This document shows positions 1 through 11,508 of a stretch of 64,000 bases of DNA, piece after piece. Source of the stretch: Burkholderiales bacterium. Lineage in GTDB: Bacteria; Pseudomonadota; Gammaproteobacteria; Burkholderiales; Thiobacteraceae. The notes below the pieces were generated by a model. The model was not told the origin of the DNA, searched no databases, and saw only the letters and a list, made by a program, of their open reading frames with translations. How positions within the stretch are numbered: the first letter of the stretch is position 1; the number at the start of each line of letters is the position of its first letter. The stretch covers positions 11,116-75,115 of the forward strand of contig JADMJT010000006.1 in assembly GCA_018781585.1 (NCBI GenBank), written 5' to 3'. The position numbers were made by a program, and so were the translations under genes.

Positions 1-277
1 GGGACGCGCCATTACCGATGTCCTCAGCCCGAATTAAATCTGTAACATTTTCATTTTTAAGGTAAATATTTCCGCCATCGAAGCGCACATCGAGACTGGC
101 GGCCAGCCCGGCCAAGCGCTCATCATCGAATGCGATGCCGCCTTTAACCGCCGCCAAGGCCACTAATCGGTACAGCGCCCCGCTATCCAGATAGTGAAAT
201 CCCAGCTTCTCGGCCACCCGCTGCGCCACCGTGCCCTTACCGGAAGCGGAAGGGCCATCGATGGCAATCACGGCCAC
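1..277 (-). other. cmk: Cytidylate kinase domain of the AroA-Cmk fusion (partial)
   Basis: [34 protein letters not shown] is the Cmk N-terminal signature. Confidence 0.9.
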
Positions 278-1567
278 AGAAGACCGCGCAAGGCGTTGAA
301 ATACATCAAAATACTCAGGGAAAGTTTTGGCCACACACTTAGGATCATTGATGCGCACCGGCACCCCGCCCAAGGCGACGAGCGAGAAACACATCGCCAT
401 GCGGTGATCATCATAAGTATCGATCACGGCATGAGGAGTAAGGGATGCAGGGGGGGTGATGCGAATGAAATCGGCCCCTTCTTCCACGGTCGCGCCCACT
501 TTTCGCAACTCGGTGGCCATGGCATGGATGCGGTCGGTTTCTTTAACGCGCCAACTACCGATGTTGCGCAGCGTGGTCGTGCCGTCGGCGAACAATGCGG
601 CGACCGCGAGGGTCATCGCCGCGTCGGGGATATGGTTCAAGTCGGCATCGATGGCTTTCAGCCGTCCGTCGCCAGAGGCTTCGATCCAATGTTCGCCCAT
701 CGTGATGGTGGCGCCCATCTGTTGCAGCACCTCCACGAACCGCACATCACCCTGAATACTGGTCTTGCCCACGCCTTCTACCCGCACCGGCCCACCGCCG
801 ATCGCGCCAGCGGCGAGAAAATACGACGCGCTGGAAGCGTCACCCTCGACCTGGATCACGCCAGGACTGGTATAGCATTGCCCGCCGCGCACGATAAATT
901 CTTGCCAGCCGCGACGTTCGACCGTCACCCCGAAGCGCGCCATGAGATTCAGCGTGATCTCGATATACGGTTTGGAAATCAACTCGCCTACCACTTCCAC
1001 CGTGGTATCCGCCTGGGTTAGCGGAAGCGCCATCAACAACGCGGTCAGAAACTGGCTCGATACATTGCCTTTGATGCTGACCCGGCCACCAGCGTGGATC
1101 GTGGCGGGCTTAATCTCCAAAGGTGGAAAGCCGGGCTTACCCAGATAAGCGATATCCGCACCGAGTTGCGCCAAGGCATCCACCAGATCGCCGATTGGCC
1201 GCTCATGCATGCGTGGCACACCGGAAAGTTTGTAATGCCCATGGGACAGCGCCAGCGCGGCGGTGAGCGGACGGAATGCGGTGCCCGCGTTGCCCAAAAA
1301 CAATACTGCGTCCTTCACCGGAAATGCGCCGCCGATGCCATGCACGGTGTAATCGCGGCTCTCGCCCTGCTGTTGCCAATGCACCCCGAGCGCCTGTAAC
1401 GCCGCCAGCATGTGCTGCGTATCATCGGACGCGAGCAAGCCTTTGACTTCTGTCGCTCCGCTGGCTAGCGCCGCCAGAAGCAAGGTGCGATTGGAAATGC
1501 TTTTGGAGCCGGGCAATATAACCGTGCCGGCCATGCGAGAAATGGGTTGAAGATCGAGGAATTCCAT
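1..1567 (-). CDS. aroA: Bifunctional EPSP synthase / cytidylate kinase (AroA-Cmk fusion), runs off the window edge
   Basis: Manual translation from ATG 1567 gives [27 protein letters not shown]. The AroA C-terminus KTFPEYF reads in frame into [16 protein letters not shown] (Cmk P-loop) with no stop. Absent from the ORF track because its stop lies outside the window. Confidence 0.93.
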   Translation of the reverse strand, partial: MEFLDLQPISRMAGTVILPGSKSISNRTLLLAALASGATEVKGLLASDDTQHMLAALQALGVHWQQQGESRDYTVHGIGGAFPVKDAVLFLGNAGTAFRPLTAALALSHGHYKLSGVPRMHERPIGDLVDALAQLGADIAYLGKPGFPPLEIKPATIHAGGRVSIKGNVSSQFLTALLMALPLTQADTTVEVVGELISKPYIEITLNLMARFGVTVERRGWQEFIVRGGQCYTSPGVIQVEGDASSASYFLAAGAIGGGPVRVEGVGKTSIQGDVRFVEVLQQMGATITMGEHWIEASGDGRLKAIDADLNHIPDAAMTLAVAALFADGTTTLRNIGSWRVKETDRIHAMATELRKVGATVEEGADFIRITPPASLTPHAVIDTYDDHRMAMCFSLVALGGVPVRINDPKCVAKTFPEYFDVFQRLARSSVAVIAIDGPSASGKGTVAQRVAEKLGFHYLDSGALYRLVALAAVKGGIAFDDERLAGLAASLDVRFDGGNIYLKNENVTDLIRAEDIGNGAS

Positions 1568-1579
1568 GCGGCAAACGCG

Positions 1580-2437
1580 TTAATGCTTGAGATGTTTTTG
1601 TCGTGCGTCGCGGGCTGCGACAAATAACTGCGCTAACGCGGCGCTATCCCCACGTTCGATCAATTGCTTGATCCGCGCCAACTCGGCTTCATAACCTGCG
1701 AGTTGCTGCAACAGCGCATCACGATTGGCCAGACAGATATCGCGCCACATTTCCGGGCTGCTGCCGGCAATACGAGTGAAATCGCGAAAACCGCTGGCGG
1801 CGAAGCCGAACAAAGCTTCGGCATTCGGCTGTGCGGCGATATAGTCGACTAAGCCAAACGCCAATAGATGCGGCAAATGGCTCACTGCGGCAAACACTTC
1901 ATCATGCAGTGCGGGCGCCATCTCAGAAACCTTTGCGCCGCAACTTTGCCATAACTGGGCGATCAATTCCTTGGCGGCCGGATTCGTTTCAGGCAAAGGC
2001 GTCAACACCACATTGCGCTCGCGAAACAAATCACCCCGCGCCGCTTTCACACCGCTCTGCTCTGCCCCAGCGATCGGATGCCCCGGCACGAAATGCGTTA
2101 AATGCTGAGACAAATTCGCACGCGCCAGCGCCACTACATCCTGTTTGGTACTACCCACATCGGTCACGATTGTGTTCGGCGCGAGATACGGGGCAATTGC
2201 CGACATCATCGCCCCCATTTGTCCCACCGGGACCGCCAGTAGCACCACATCCGCGCCTTGCACGGCCTGTGCTGCTTCGGCATAGGCGTCGATCACGTAC
2301 ATGCCGAGTGCAGCGCTTAAATTTTCTGCGCTACGTCCTACCCCCACCACCTCACGCACCAAGCCCGCTTCGCGCAAAGCCAGTGCGAAGGAACCGCCGA
2401 TGAGGCCGACGCCGATGAGGGTGAGTTTATTAATCAT
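1580..2437 (-). CDS. tyrA: Prephenate/arogenate dehydrogenase
   Basis: Likely start ATG 2437 (MINKLTLIGVGLIGGS, Rossmann fold); DVGSTK, HPIAG, SHLPH and GFRDFTRIA motifs. Confidence 0.93.
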   Translation of the reverse strand: MINKLTLIGVGLIGGSFALALREAGLVREVVGVGRSAENLSAALGMYVIDAYAEAAQAVQGADVVLLAVPVGQMGAMMSAIAPYLAPNTIVTDVGSTKQDVVALARANLSQHLTHFVPGHPIAGAEQSGVKAARGDLFRERNVVLTPLPETNPAAKELIAQLWQSCGAKVSEMAPALHDEVFAAVSHLPHLLAFGLVDYIAAQPNAEALFGFAASGFRDFTRIAGSSPEMWRDICLANRDALLQQLAGYEAELARIKQLIERGDSAALAQLFVAARDARQKHLKH

Positions 2438-2448
2438 TTTCGAACGTC

Positions 2449-3465
2449 TTAAATACTCCGCCCGATCACCTGCGCGATGCCCGCCAACTCGCCCATGAGT
2501 TGCTTCAATTCGTTCGGGTCCAGCGCTTGATCCGCGTCGCACCACGCTTCGCACGGCTTGGGATGCATCTCCACCAGTAAGCCATCGGCCCCTGCGGCAA
2601 TCGCCGCGCGCGACAAGGCGGGCACCATCCACGCTTTGCCACCCGCATGCGAGGGATCGACGATCACCGGCAAGTGGGTTTCTTTTTTCAGCACCGGGAT
2701 CGCGGTCACATCCAGCACATTGCGGTAGTAGGTCTCATAGGTGCGGATACCGCGCTCGCAGAAAATGATGTTGTGGTTGCCGCCGGCCGCGATATATTCC
2801 GCCGCCATCAGCCATTCGGAGATGGTCGCCGACATGCCGCGCTTGAGAATGACGGGCGTACTGATCTTGCCGACTTCTTTCAGCAAATCGAAATTCTGCA
2901 TATTGCGTGTGCCGATTTGAATCACATCCACTTTGTACTCAAGGAAAGTGTCGAGCATGCGCACATCCATCAATTCGGTCACGATGGGCAGGCCTTGCGC
3001 ATCGGCCGCTTTGCGGAACAAGTCGAGGCCTTCCACGCCCTTGCCCTGGAAGGCATAGGGGCTGGTACGCGGTTTGAATGCACCGCCGCGCATCAAACGA
3101 CAGCCGGCGGCTTTGACGAATTTGGCTGACTGCTCCATTTGATCTTGCGTTTCCACCGAACAGGGGCCGGCAATGATTTGAATTTGCTTCCCGCCCAAGG
3201 GCACGCCCTTGATGTCGATGACCGTATTTTCCTTATGCCACTCGCGCGCCACGATCTTGTAAGGTTTGACGATGTGCATGGAATTCTCGACGCCGGGCAG
3301 CGCATCGATCATTTCCTGATCCAGCTTGCGCTCGTCGCCGATGGCGCCGATGACGGTGCGCTCTGTGCCGCGCGAAACATTGGCATCGAGGCCGAATTCC
3401 TTGATCTTTTTGACGACGCCCTCGATTTGCGCATCCGATGCGCCATTTTCCATTACGATAATCAT
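2449..3465 (-). CDS. aroF: DAHP synthase (type I-beta, N-terminal ACT-like regulatory domain)
   Basis: IAGPCSVE, GGAFKPRTSPY, KRG, CERGIR and DPSH motifs. Confidence 0.93.
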   Translation of the reverse strand: MIIVMENGASDAQIEGVVKKIKEFGLDANVSRGTERTVIGAIGDERKLDQEMIDALPGVENSMHIVKPYKIVAREWHKENTVIDIKGVPLGGKQIQIIAGPCSVETQDQMEQSAKFVKAAGCRLMRGGAFKPRTSPYAFQGKGVEGLDLFRKAADAQGLPIVTELMDVRMLDTFLEYKVDVIQIGTRNMQNFDLLKEVGKISTPVILKRGMSATISEWLMAAEYIAAGGNHNIIFCERGIRTYETYYRNVLDVTAIPVLKKETHLPVIVDPSHAGGKAWMVPALSRAAIAAGADGLLVEMHPKPCEAWCDADQALDPNELKQLMGELAGIAQVIGRSI

Positions 3466-3480
3466 GATCTATATCCTTAA

Positions 3481-4581
3481 TTATTCCTGTATCGCGTCGG
3501 TTAACGCGCTTAAAAATTTCTGGTTTTCCGCTTCCAGGCCGATGCTGACGCGCAAATACTCCGGCATGCCGTAATTCGCCACGGGGCGCACGATGACGCC
3601 CCGCTTCAGCAAGCGTTGATACATCGCGGTCGCGTTGCCGATGCGGAAGCTCAAAAAATTCCCGCACGAGGGAATGTAACCCAATTTGAGCTTATTCAAT
3701 CCAGCGGTGATTTGCTGCATCCCTGCCGCATTCAATGCGACGCTGTTGCGCAAATGCGCCACATCGCCCAGTGCCGCGATCGCCGCCGCTTGCGCCACAC
3801 TGCTCACGTTAAACGGCTGGCGCACGCGATTCAGCATCGACGCCACCTCTTGATGCGCCAAGGCAAAACCCACGCGCAGGCCGGCTAAGCCATATGCCTT
3901 GGAAAAAGTGCGCGCGATCAGCAGATTCGGAAAACGCTTTAGCCAGCCCACACTATCCGGCGCCACCTCGGGTGCTAAGTATTCGTAATAGGCTTCGTCC
4001 AGCACGATCAGCACTTCGCGCGGTACTTGCTCGATGAAGCCCAGCAACCCATCGGGCGCAAGCATGGTGCCCGTCGGGTTGTTGGGATTGGCGAGGAATA
4101 CCAAACGCGTCGTCTCCTCGATCGCTTCCAACATCGCCTTCGGGTCATTGCCAAAATCCTGGGCGGGCACTTCGATCCCGCGCGCACCCACCGCTTGCAC
4201 CACCAAGGGATACACGGCAAACGCATGTTGCGAATATACGGCGGATAGACCCGGCGCTAAAAAAGCCCGCGCCGCAAATTCCAGCACGTCGTTCGATCCA
4301 TTGCCGAGCACGACCTGCGACGGCAGCACGCCATATTTTTTGGCGAGTGCGGTTTTTAGTTCGAAACCGTTGCCGTCGGGATAACGCGCCAAATCGGGCA
4401 AGCAGCGCTCAATCGCTTTGATCGCCTGCGGGCTTGGCCCGAGCGGGTTTTCATTCGACGCCAACTTGACGATATCCTGCTCGCGCAATCCCATTTCGCG
4501 CGCAAGCTCGGCGATGGGCTTACCCGGCTGATAAGGTGCAATCGCCCGGATATAAGCGGGCGCGAGATCACATAGGTCCAT
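3481..4581 (-). CDS. hisC: Histidinol-phosphate aminotransferase
   Basis: KLASNENPLG, NPNNPTG, DEAY, RTFSKAYGLAGLRVG. Confidence 0.95.
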   Translation of the reverse strand: MDLCDLAPAYIRAIAPYQPGKPIAELAREMGLREQDIVKLASNENPLGPSPQAIKAIERCLPDLARYPDGNGFELKTALAKKYGVLPSQVVLGNGSNDVLEFAARAFLAPGLSAVYSQHAFAVYPLVVQAVGARGIEVPAQDFGNDPKAMLEAIEETTRLVFLANPNNPTGTMLAPDGLLGFIEQVPREVLIVLDEAYYEYLAPEVAPDSVGWLKRFPNLLIARTFSKAYGLAGLRVGFALAHQEVASMLNRVRQPFNVSSVAQAAAIAALGDVAHLRNSVALNAAGMQQITAGLNKLKLGYIPSCGNFLSFRIGNATAMYQRLLKRGVIVRPVANYGMPEYLRVSIGLEAENQKFLSALTDAIQE

Positions 4582-4622
4582 GGTTTAATATTTTCAGCGC
4601 ACAAAGCGACAATGCGGTTAAA

Positions 4623-5687
4623 TCAGATCACTGCCACGGGATAAGAACCCAAGATTTTCAGGAACGGCGCTAATCCCTTCAACTCGCTCAATGCTTGGGC
4701 CACCGGGGCATCTTCCTGGTGGCCTTCGACATCGACGTAAAACACATATTCCCATTTACCCGCGCCACTGGGACGTGATTCGAGCTTGGTCATGGAGACG
4801 CCGTTGCGCGCGAAGGGCCCGAGCAGATCATGCATCGCGCCGGGTTGATTCGGCGCCGCCATCACCAGCGAGGTTTTGTCGCGGCCGGAGCGGCCCGCAT
4901 CGTGCGCGCCCAACACCAAGAAGCGCGTGGTGTTATTGGGTTCGTCCTCGATGTTGCGGGCGAGCGGGGTGAGGCCGTAAATCTCCGCCGCGGTCTCGCC
5001 GGCGATGGCCGCACTAGTAGGCTCTGATGCCGCCAGCTTAGCCGCTTCGGCGTTGCTACCCACGGTGATGCGCGCGACAGCGGGTAAATTTTTATTCAGC
5101 CACTCATGGCATTGCGCAAACGATTGAGCATGGGAATAGAGCTTGGTAATGCCCGCCATGCCATCCTCTTTACGCAACAGGTACTGGTGCACGCGCACCA
5201 CGACTTCGCCACAAATCATCAACGGGGTATTGAGCAATAAATCCAAGGTGCGGCCGATTGCGCCCTCGGTGGAATTTTCCACCGGCACAACCGCATACGC
5301 GGCCATGCCGGACTCCACTTTGCGAAACACCTCATCAATCGATGCGCAATCGGTCGTATCGGCGGCATGGCCGAAATGCTTGATCGCCGCCGCTTGGCTG
5401 AAGGTGCCTTGCGGCCCCAAATAGGCGACCGACAGGGGTTGTTCAAGGGCCAGGCAAGCCGACATGATTTCGCGAAACAATCTAGCGGTCGTTTCGCTTG
5501 AAAGTGGCCCAGGGTTGGCTTCTTTGACGCGGCGCAAGACTTGCGCTTCACGTTCTGGCCGATAAATATTGCCTTGTTTTAAACGGCCGATGGTCTGGGC
5601 GATCAGCGCGCGCCTGCTGATGAGCTTTAATAGCTCATCATCAATCTGATCAATTTCCGTGCGTAGCTTTTGCAGATCGTCCGACAT
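4623..5687 (-). CDS. pheA: Chorismate mutase / prephenate dehydratase (P-protein)
   Basis: N-terminal chorismate mutase domain; YLGPQGTFS, PVENSTEG, NTTRF and LESRP motifs. Confidence 0.95.
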   Translation of the reverse strand: MSDDLQKLRTEIDQIDDELLKLISRRALIAQTIGRLKQGNIYRPEREAQVLRRVKEANPGPLSSETTARLFREIMSACLALEQPLSVAYLGPQGTFSQAAAIKHFGHAADTTDCASIDEVFRKVESGMAAYAVVPVENSTEGAIGRTLDLLLNTPLMICGEVVVRVHQYLLRKEDGMAGITKLYSHAQSFAQCHEWLNKNLPAVARITVGSNAEAAKLAASEPTSAAIAGETAAEIYGLTPLARNIEDEPNNTTRFLVLGAHDAGRSGRDKTSLVMAAPNQPGAMHDLLGPFARNGVSMTKLESRPSGAGKWEYVFYVDVEGHQEDAPVAQALSELKGLAPFLKILGSYPVAVI

Positions 5688-5696
5688 ACCGGTTCA

Positions 5697-6869
5697 CTAG
5701 AGTGAGCGTACCATCAACACGCCCTTTATCGCGGCGATCTTATCGATCACTGCCTGCGGCGGGGCACTGTCCACATCCACCAAGGTGTAAGCCATCTCCC
5801 CTTTGGATTTGTTGACCATGTTATGAATATTGAGGCCGGAATCAGCCAGCGCAGTCGAGATCTGCCCCACCATGTTCGGCACATTGGCATTCGCTACCGC
5901 GATGCGAAATGGCGACTCGCGCTGCATGGACACATTGGGGAAATTCACCGAATTGAGCACGTTGCCGTTTTCCAAAAAATCGCGCACTTGTTCGGCGACC
6001 ATAATGGCGCAATTGTCTTCGGCTTCCTCGGTCGAGGCGCCAAGATGCGGCAAGGCAACCACTTTCGGATTGCCCTTGAGCGTGTTCGAAGGGAAGTCGC
6101 ACATATAGCCGCGCAACTGCCCGTTGGCCAAGCCTTCGACCACAGCCTTATCGTCTACGATGCCTTCACGCGAAAAATTCAGCAGCACGGTGCCGGGTTT
6201 CATCAGCGCGATGCGCGCGCTGTCGATCAGGTTGCGCGTGGCGTCCAGCAACGGCACATGCAGCGAAATAAAATCGCTGTTCTTTACCACTTCTTCCACA
6301 CTGTTCGCTTTGGTCACCGTAGCGGGTAAGCGCCAGGCCGCTTCGACGGTAATTTCGGGATCGTAGCCCAGCACATTCATGCCGAGCTTGATGCCGGCAT
6401 CCGCCACCAAGGAACCGATGGCGCCCAGGCCGATCACGCCCAAGGTGCGATTGGGCAATTCGATCCCCGCGTAATTTTTCTTGCCCGCTTCCACCGCCTT
6501 GGACATCGCGGCATCTTCGCCCGTAAGGCTATTGGTGAAATTCCAAGCGGGAATCAAGTTGCGTGCGGCCATCAGCATGCCGGCGATCACCAGTTCCTTC
6601 ACCGCGTTGGCGTTGGCGCCCGGCGCGTTAAACACCGGCACCCCGCGTTCGCTCATTTTGGCCACGGGTACATTGTTGGTGCCGGCGCCGGCGCGCGCGA
6701 TGGCTTTCACACTCGCCGGAATCGTCATGTCGTGCATCTTGAATGATCGCACCAAAATGGCGTCCGGTTCGGCAATGTCGTTGCCGATTACATAGTGGTC
6801 GGCCGGCAGGCGCGACAGGCCCTGCACCGAGATGTTGTTGAGGGTTTGAATTTGGAATTTCTTAGCCAT
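5697..6869 (-). CDS. serA: D-3-phosphoglycerate dehydrogenase with C-terminal ACT domain
   Basis: [21 protein letters not shown]; overlaps the end of serC. Confidence 0.9.
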   Translation of the reverse strand: MAKKFQIQTLNNISVQGLSRLPADHYVIGNDIAEPDAILVRSFKMHDMTIPASVKAIARAGAGTNNVPVAKMSERGVPVFNAPGANANAVKELVIAGMLMAARNLIPAWNFTNSLTGEDAAMSKAVEAGKKNYAGIELPNRTLGVIGLGAIGSLVADAGIKLGMNVLGYDPEITVEAAWRLPATVTKANSVEEVVKNSDFISLHVPLLDATRNLIDSARIALMKPGTVLLNFSREGIVDDKAVVEGLANGQLRGYMCDFPSNTLKGNPKVVALPHLGASTEEAEDNCAIMVAEQVRDFLENGNVLNSVNFPNVSMQRESPFRIAVANANVPNMVGQISTALADSGLNIHNMVNKSKGEMAYTLVDVDSAPPQAVIDKIAAIKGVLMVRSL

Positions 6870-7944
6870 GCTGTTTCTCGAAAGCTTTCATGTGTTCAAC
6901 CAAAGCGCGTACGCCATCGATCGGCATCGCGTTGTAAATCGAAGCGCGCATCCCGCCCACCGAGCGGTGGCCCTTGAGTTGCACCAGGCCGCGTGCTTTC
7001 GCGCCTTTGAGGAAGGCTTCATCCAGCGCCGCATCCTTCAGGGTGAACGGAATATTCATGCGCGAGCGATTTTCTTTCGCGGTCGGACAATGATAGAAGC
7101 GGGTTGCATCCAGATAGTCATACAGCACATTGGCTTTGGCGAGGTTGTGGCTTTCCATCGCGGCGAGCCCGCCATTGTGCTTTAACAACTTGAACACCAA
7201 ACCCGCGATGTAGATAGCGTAGGTCGGCGGCGTGTTGTACATGGATTCGTTGTCGGCATGGATCTTGTAATCGAGCATGCTCGGTGTACCCGCGACGGTT
7301 TCGCCCAGCAAATCCTCGCGCACGATCACGATGGTCAGACCCGCCGGGCCGATGTTTTTCTGCGCACCGGCATAGATCACGCCGTATTTCGACACGTCGA
7401 TCGGCTTCGATAAAATGTTGGAGGACATGTCCGCCACCAGCGGCACATTGCCCGTCTGCGGCACCCAATGAAACTCGACGCCACCGATGGTTTCATTCGG
7501 CGTGTAGTGCACATAGGCCGCGTTGGCATCGAGCGACCATTTATCCTGGGTGGGCGCGTAGGAAAAATTCTTGTCTTCGGATGTGGCCGCGACATTCACC
7601 GCACAAAACTTCTTCGCTTCCTTGATGGCCTTTTTCGACCATTCACCGGTATTCACATAGTCCGCGCTGTTTTTGCCGCGCAGCAGATTCATCGGCACCA
7701 TGGCGAACTGAGTCGATGCGCCGCCTTGCAAGAACAACACTTTGTAGTGGGCAGGAATCGCCAGCAGCTCGCGCAAATCGGCTTCGGCCTGCGCCGCGAT
7801 GCCCATGAATTCCTTGCCGCGATGGCTCATCTCCATCACCGACATGCCGCAGCCTTGCCAGTTGAGCAGTTCATCGCGCGCTTGTTCGAGTACCTGCTGT
7901 GGCAATACCGCCGGACCTGCGCTGAAGTTATAAATACGTTCCAT
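6862..7944 (-). CDS. serC: Phosphoserine aminotransferase
   Basis: [32 protein letters not shown]. Confidence 0.96.
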   Translation of the reverse strand: MERIYNFSAGPAVLPQQVLEQARDELLNWQGCGMSVMEMSHRGKEFMGIAAQAEADLRELLAIPAHYKVLFLQGGASTQFAMVPMNLLRGKNSADYVNTGEWSKKAIKEAKKFCAVNVAATSEDKNFSYAPTQDKWSLDANAAYVHYTPNETIGGVEFHWVPQTGNVPLVADMSSNILSKPIDVSKYGVIYAGAQKNIGPAGLTIVIVREDLLGETVAGTPSMLDYKIHADNESMYNTPPTYAIYIAGLVFKLLKHNGGLAAMESHNLAKANVLYDYLDATRFYHCPTAKENRSRMNIPFTLKDAALDEAFLKGAKARGLVQLKGHRSVGGMRASIYNAMPIDGVRALVEHMKAFEKQHG

Positions 7945-10505
7945 TACTCGTTCCCCTCTCCCTCTTCTACATCCGTCTCGACGATGCGCTGCAAGCTGAC
8001 CAGCTTCTCGCCTTCGCCGGTATTAATCAGGGTGACGCCCTGCGTGGCGCGCCCCATTTCGCGAATCTCTTTCACCCGGGTGCGGATCAGCACGCCGCCG
8101 GTCGTGATCAACATGATCTCGTCGTTCTCGTCCGCCAGCGTCGCCGCCACCACCGGGCCGTTACGCGCGCTGGTTTGAATCGCGATCATGCCTTGGGTGC
8201 CGCGCGCGTGGCGGGTGTATTCGGTGATCGGGGTGCGCTTGCCGTAGCCGTTCTCGGTCGCCGTCAACACGGATTGGGTTTCGCTTTCCGCCACCAACAT
8301 CGAGATAACTTTCTGCCCCTCAGCCAAGCGCATGCCGCGTACGCCATGCGCGCCGCGACCCATCGGACGCACGTCGGATTCCTCGAAACGTACGGCTTTG
8401 CCGCCGTTGGAGAACAACATCACATCGTGCTTGCCATCGGTAATGGCCGCGCCCACCAGATAGTCGCCGTCGTCCAAGGACACCGCGATAATGCCGCTGG
8501 TGCGGGGACGCGAGAAATCGGTCAACGGGGTCTTCTTCACTGTGCCCATGGCGGTCGCCATAAAGACATAGTGCAGCTCGTCGAATTCCTTGACCGGCAG
8601 CAGCGCGGTGATCTTCTCGCGGTCTTCCAGCGGCAGCAGATTCACAATCGGCTTGCCGCGCGAAATGCGGCTACCCTGCGGCACGTCGTAAACCTTGATC
8701 CAATACACGCGGCCACGATTGGAGAAACACAAAATGTAATCGTGGGTATTGGCGATGAAAAGATTATCGATGAAGTCGTCTTCCTTGGTAGGGGCAGCTT
8801 GCTTGCCGCGCCCACCGCGCTTCTGGGCGCGGTATTCCACCAGCGGTTGCGATTTCATATAACCCGTGTGCGAGAGCGTCACCACGACCTCTTCCGGCGT
8901 GATGAGGTCTTCCATCGAGATGTCTTGTGCATTGTGCACAATCTCGCTCTTACGCTTATCGCCGTACTGCGCTTTGACCTGCCCCAACTCGTCGGTGATG
9001 ATTTGGGTGATGCGCGCGGGCTTGGCGAGGATGTCGATGAAATCAGCAATCTTCTCCAACACGTCTTTGTACTCGGCGACAATTTTGTCTTGCTCCAGGC
9101 CGGTCAAACGCTGCAAACGCAATTCCAGAATCGCCTGCGCTTGGGTATCGGAGAGACGATAGCCTTGTTGCGTCATCCCGAAATCGGCGGACAGCCCTTC
9201 GGGGCGGCTCGCGGCGGCATCGGCCACGGCGCGCGCTAGCATGTCCCCCACCAAGTTGGAGGCCCAGGTTTTATCCATCAAACGCTCTTTGGCGATCGCG
9301 GGCGTCTCAGACGCTTTGATCAGAGCGATAATTTCGTCCACGTTGGACAGCGCCACGGCCAGGCCTTCCAAAATGTGGCCGCGTTCACGCGCCTTGCGCA
9401 ATTCGAAAATCGTGCGCCGCGTCACCACCTCGCGCCGATGGCGCAAGAAGGCATCCAACATTTGCTTCAGATTTAAGAGGCGCGGCTGGCCGTCGACCAG
9501 CGCGACCATATTCATGCCGAAGGTGTCTTGCATCGGGGTGAGCTTGTACAGATTATTGAGCACCACCTCGGGCATTTCGCCGCGCTTTAACTCGATCACC
9601 ACGCGCATGCCGGACTTATCTGACTCGTCGCGCAAATCGGAGAGACCTTCCAGCCGCTTTTCACGCACCAACTCGCCAATCTTGATCAGCAGATTGGCTT
9701 TGTTCACTTGGTAGGGCAACTCATCGATGATGATCGATTGACGGCCTTTCTCTAAATCTTCGAAATGTGTGCGGGCGCGCATCACCACCCGGCCTTTGCC
9801 GGTGCGATAGCCTTCTTTGACGCCCGCCGTGCCGTAGATGATGCCGGCGGTGGGGAAATCCGGCGCGGGCACGATCTCGATCAATTCGTCGATGGTGATG
9901 GCCGGATTAGCGAGGATCGCCAAACAAGCATCCACCACCTCGGTCAAATTGTGCGGCGGAATATTGGTGGCCATACCCACAGCGATGCCCGACGACCCGT
10001 TCACCAACAGGTTCGGCGTCTTGGTGGGGAGTACCGTCGGCTCCATTTCCTTGCCGTCGTAGTTGGGCACGAAATCGACCGTTTCCTTGTCGATATCCGC
10101 CAGCAATTCGGACGTGATGCGCGCTTGACGACACTCGGTGTAACGATAAGCGGCAGGGGAATCGCCGTCGATCGAGCCGAAGTTGCCTTGGCCGTCGATC
10201 AGCATGTAGCGCATGGAGAAATCCTGCGCCATGCGCACCAGCGCATCGTAGGTCGCCGTATCGCCATGCGGATGATATTTACCCAGCACGTCACCGACGA
10301 CGCGCGCGCACTTCACATACGGCCGGTTCCACACATTATTCGACTCGTGCATCGCAAATAAAACGCGGCGATGCACCGGCTTCAGTCCGTCTCGCACATC
10401 GGGCAAGGCCCGCCCCACAATTACGCTCATCGCATAATCGAGGTAGGAATTGCGCATCTCTGCTTCAAGGCTTACCGGAATTGTCTCTTTAGCGAATTGA
10501 TCCAT
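7944..10505 (-). CDS. gyrA: DNA gyrase subunit A
   Basis: [29 protein letters not shown] active-site tyrosine, GyrA-box QKRGGRG. Confidence 0.97.
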   Translation of the reverse strand: MDQFAKETIPVSLEAEMRNSYLDYAMSVIVGRALPDVRDGLKPVHRRVLFAMHESNNVWNRPYVKCARVVGDVLGKYHPHGDTATYDALVRMAQDFSMRYMLIDGQGNFGSIDGDSPAAYRYTECRQARITSELLADIDKETVDFVPNYDGKEMEPTVLPTKTPNLLVNGSSGIAVGMATNIPPHNLTEVVDACLAILANPAITIDELIEIVPAPDFPTAGIIYGTAGVKEGYRTGKGRVVMRARTHFEDLEKGRQSIIIDELPYQVNKANLLIKIGELVREKRLEGLSDLRDESDKSGMRVVIELKRGEMPEVVLNNLYKLTPMQDTFGMNMVALVDGQPRLLNLKQMLDAFLRHRREVVTRRTIFELRKARERGHILEGLAVALSNVDEIIALIKASETPAIAKERLMDKTWASNLVGDMLARAVADAAASRPEGLSADFGMTQQGYRLSDTQAQAILELRLQRLTGLEQDKIVAEYKDVLEKIADFIDILAKPARITQIITDELGQVKAQYGDKRKSEIVHNAQDISMEDLITPEEVVVTLSHTGYMKSQPLVEYRAQKRGGRGKQAAPTKEDDFIDNLFIANTHDYILCFSNRGRVYWIKVYDVPQGSRISRGKPIVNLLPLEDREKITALLPVKEFDELHYVFMATAMGTVKKTPLTDFSRPRTSGIIAVSLDDGDYLVGAAITDGKHDVMLFSNGGKAVRFEESDVRPMGRGAHGVRGMRLAEGQKVISMLVAESETQSVLTATENGYGKRTPITEYTRHARGTQGMIAIQTSARNGPVVAATLADENDEIMLITTGGVLIRTRVKEIREMGRATQGVTLINTGEGEKLVSLQRIVETDVEEGEGNE

Positions 10506-10733
10506 ATTTATCAGTTACTTATATTGTATCCGCCAGGACGGCGGAGGGACGGAATCAAAGTTGAAGATTGTAACACGAGCCCCCTTCCCCAGCCAGACTC
10601 CCACTACCGGCTCAAGTTTTAATGAGAAAACCCGTAAAGAAACCCGTACTTGAGTCTTGTAATTACAGCGTTATATAGTTAACATCCGCTCAAGTGTCCC
10701 CCCCAGTTACATAAGACAAAGAAAGGCCTCAAC

Positions 10734-11441
10734 ATGACAATTGCCAAAATATTGAAAAGCACTTCCAGCCTCCTGATCGCTCTCAGCTTAGGTCTAGGTG
10801 CAGGCGTAGCAACGGCCCACAGCGATGGCAAAGTCACGCCTGGCTATTTGCAAGACACCAACAGGCACGTGGTGAAAAACAATTTCGGCCAATGCTGGCG
10901 CACGGGCTCCTGGACGCCGGCCATGGCCATCGCCGAATGCGATCCCGATTTGGTTAAGAAAGAAGTGGTAGCCAAGAAGCCAGATACCGTGCCGGCACAA
11001 CCACTGATGCCGCCAAACCTCGGCCCGGACAAGCCCGCTTTTACCAAGATCAATCTGCAAGCCGAAACGCTATTCGATTTCGACAAAGCAGTGCTGCGCG
11101 CCGATGGCAAAAAAACCCTGGATGATGAAGTCGTCGCCAAGATGAAACAGTATCCGGAAGTGGAAGTGGTGTTGGTCACGGGTCACGCCGATCGCATCGG
11201 TTCGGAAAAATACAACAATAGTCTTTCTGATCGCCGTGCCGCCGCCGCCAAGGGCTATATCGTCAGCCAAGGCATTGATGCCAAACGCGTCGAAACCGTA
11301 GGCAAGGGTGAAGCCGAGCCTCTAGTCGATTGCAAGGACGTAAAAGGCCGTGAAAGCGGTAAGAACAAGAAGCTAGTTGAGTGCCTGCAACCCAACCGCC
11401 GCGTACTGGTGGAAGTCAAAGTTCAGGCGCCCGCCAAGTAA
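10734..11441 (+). CDS. ompA: OmpA-family peptidoglycan-binding outer membrane protein
   Basis: Signal peptide; LFDFDKA, GHADRIG, LSDRRA and NRRV motifs; conserved position divergent from gyrA. Confidence 0.9.
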   Translation: MTIAKILKSTSSLLIALSLGLGAGVATAHSDGKVTPGYLQDTNRHVVKNNFGQCWRTGSWTPAMAIAECDPDLVKKEVVAKKPDTVPAQPLMPPNLGPDKPAFTKINLQAETLFDFDKAVLRADGKKTLDDEVVAKMKQYPEVEVVLVTGHADRIGSEKYNNSLSDRRAAAAKGYIVSQGIDAKRVETVGKGEAEPLVDCKDVKGRESGKNKKLVECLQPNRRVLVEVKVQAPAK

Positions 11442-11459
11442 TCTCAATCCAAGCAATCT

Positions 11460-11488
11460 AGCCCCGCCATTGAGCGGGGCTTTTTTTT
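11460..11488 (+). terminator. Rho-independent terminator of ompA
   Basis: agccccgc-cattga-gcggggct stem followed by a T-tract. Confidence 0.85.
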
Positions 11489-11508
11489 GAGTTCGCCGTG
11501 GCAACATC

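Noticed and set aside
194..1021. 275-aa plus-strand ORF
   Set aside because: Antisense shadow of the aroA-cmk fusion, with no recognisable motifs.
1580..2632. Longer 350-aa version of tyrA
   Set aside because: The extension overlaps aroF; the Rossmann motif begins right after ATG 2437.
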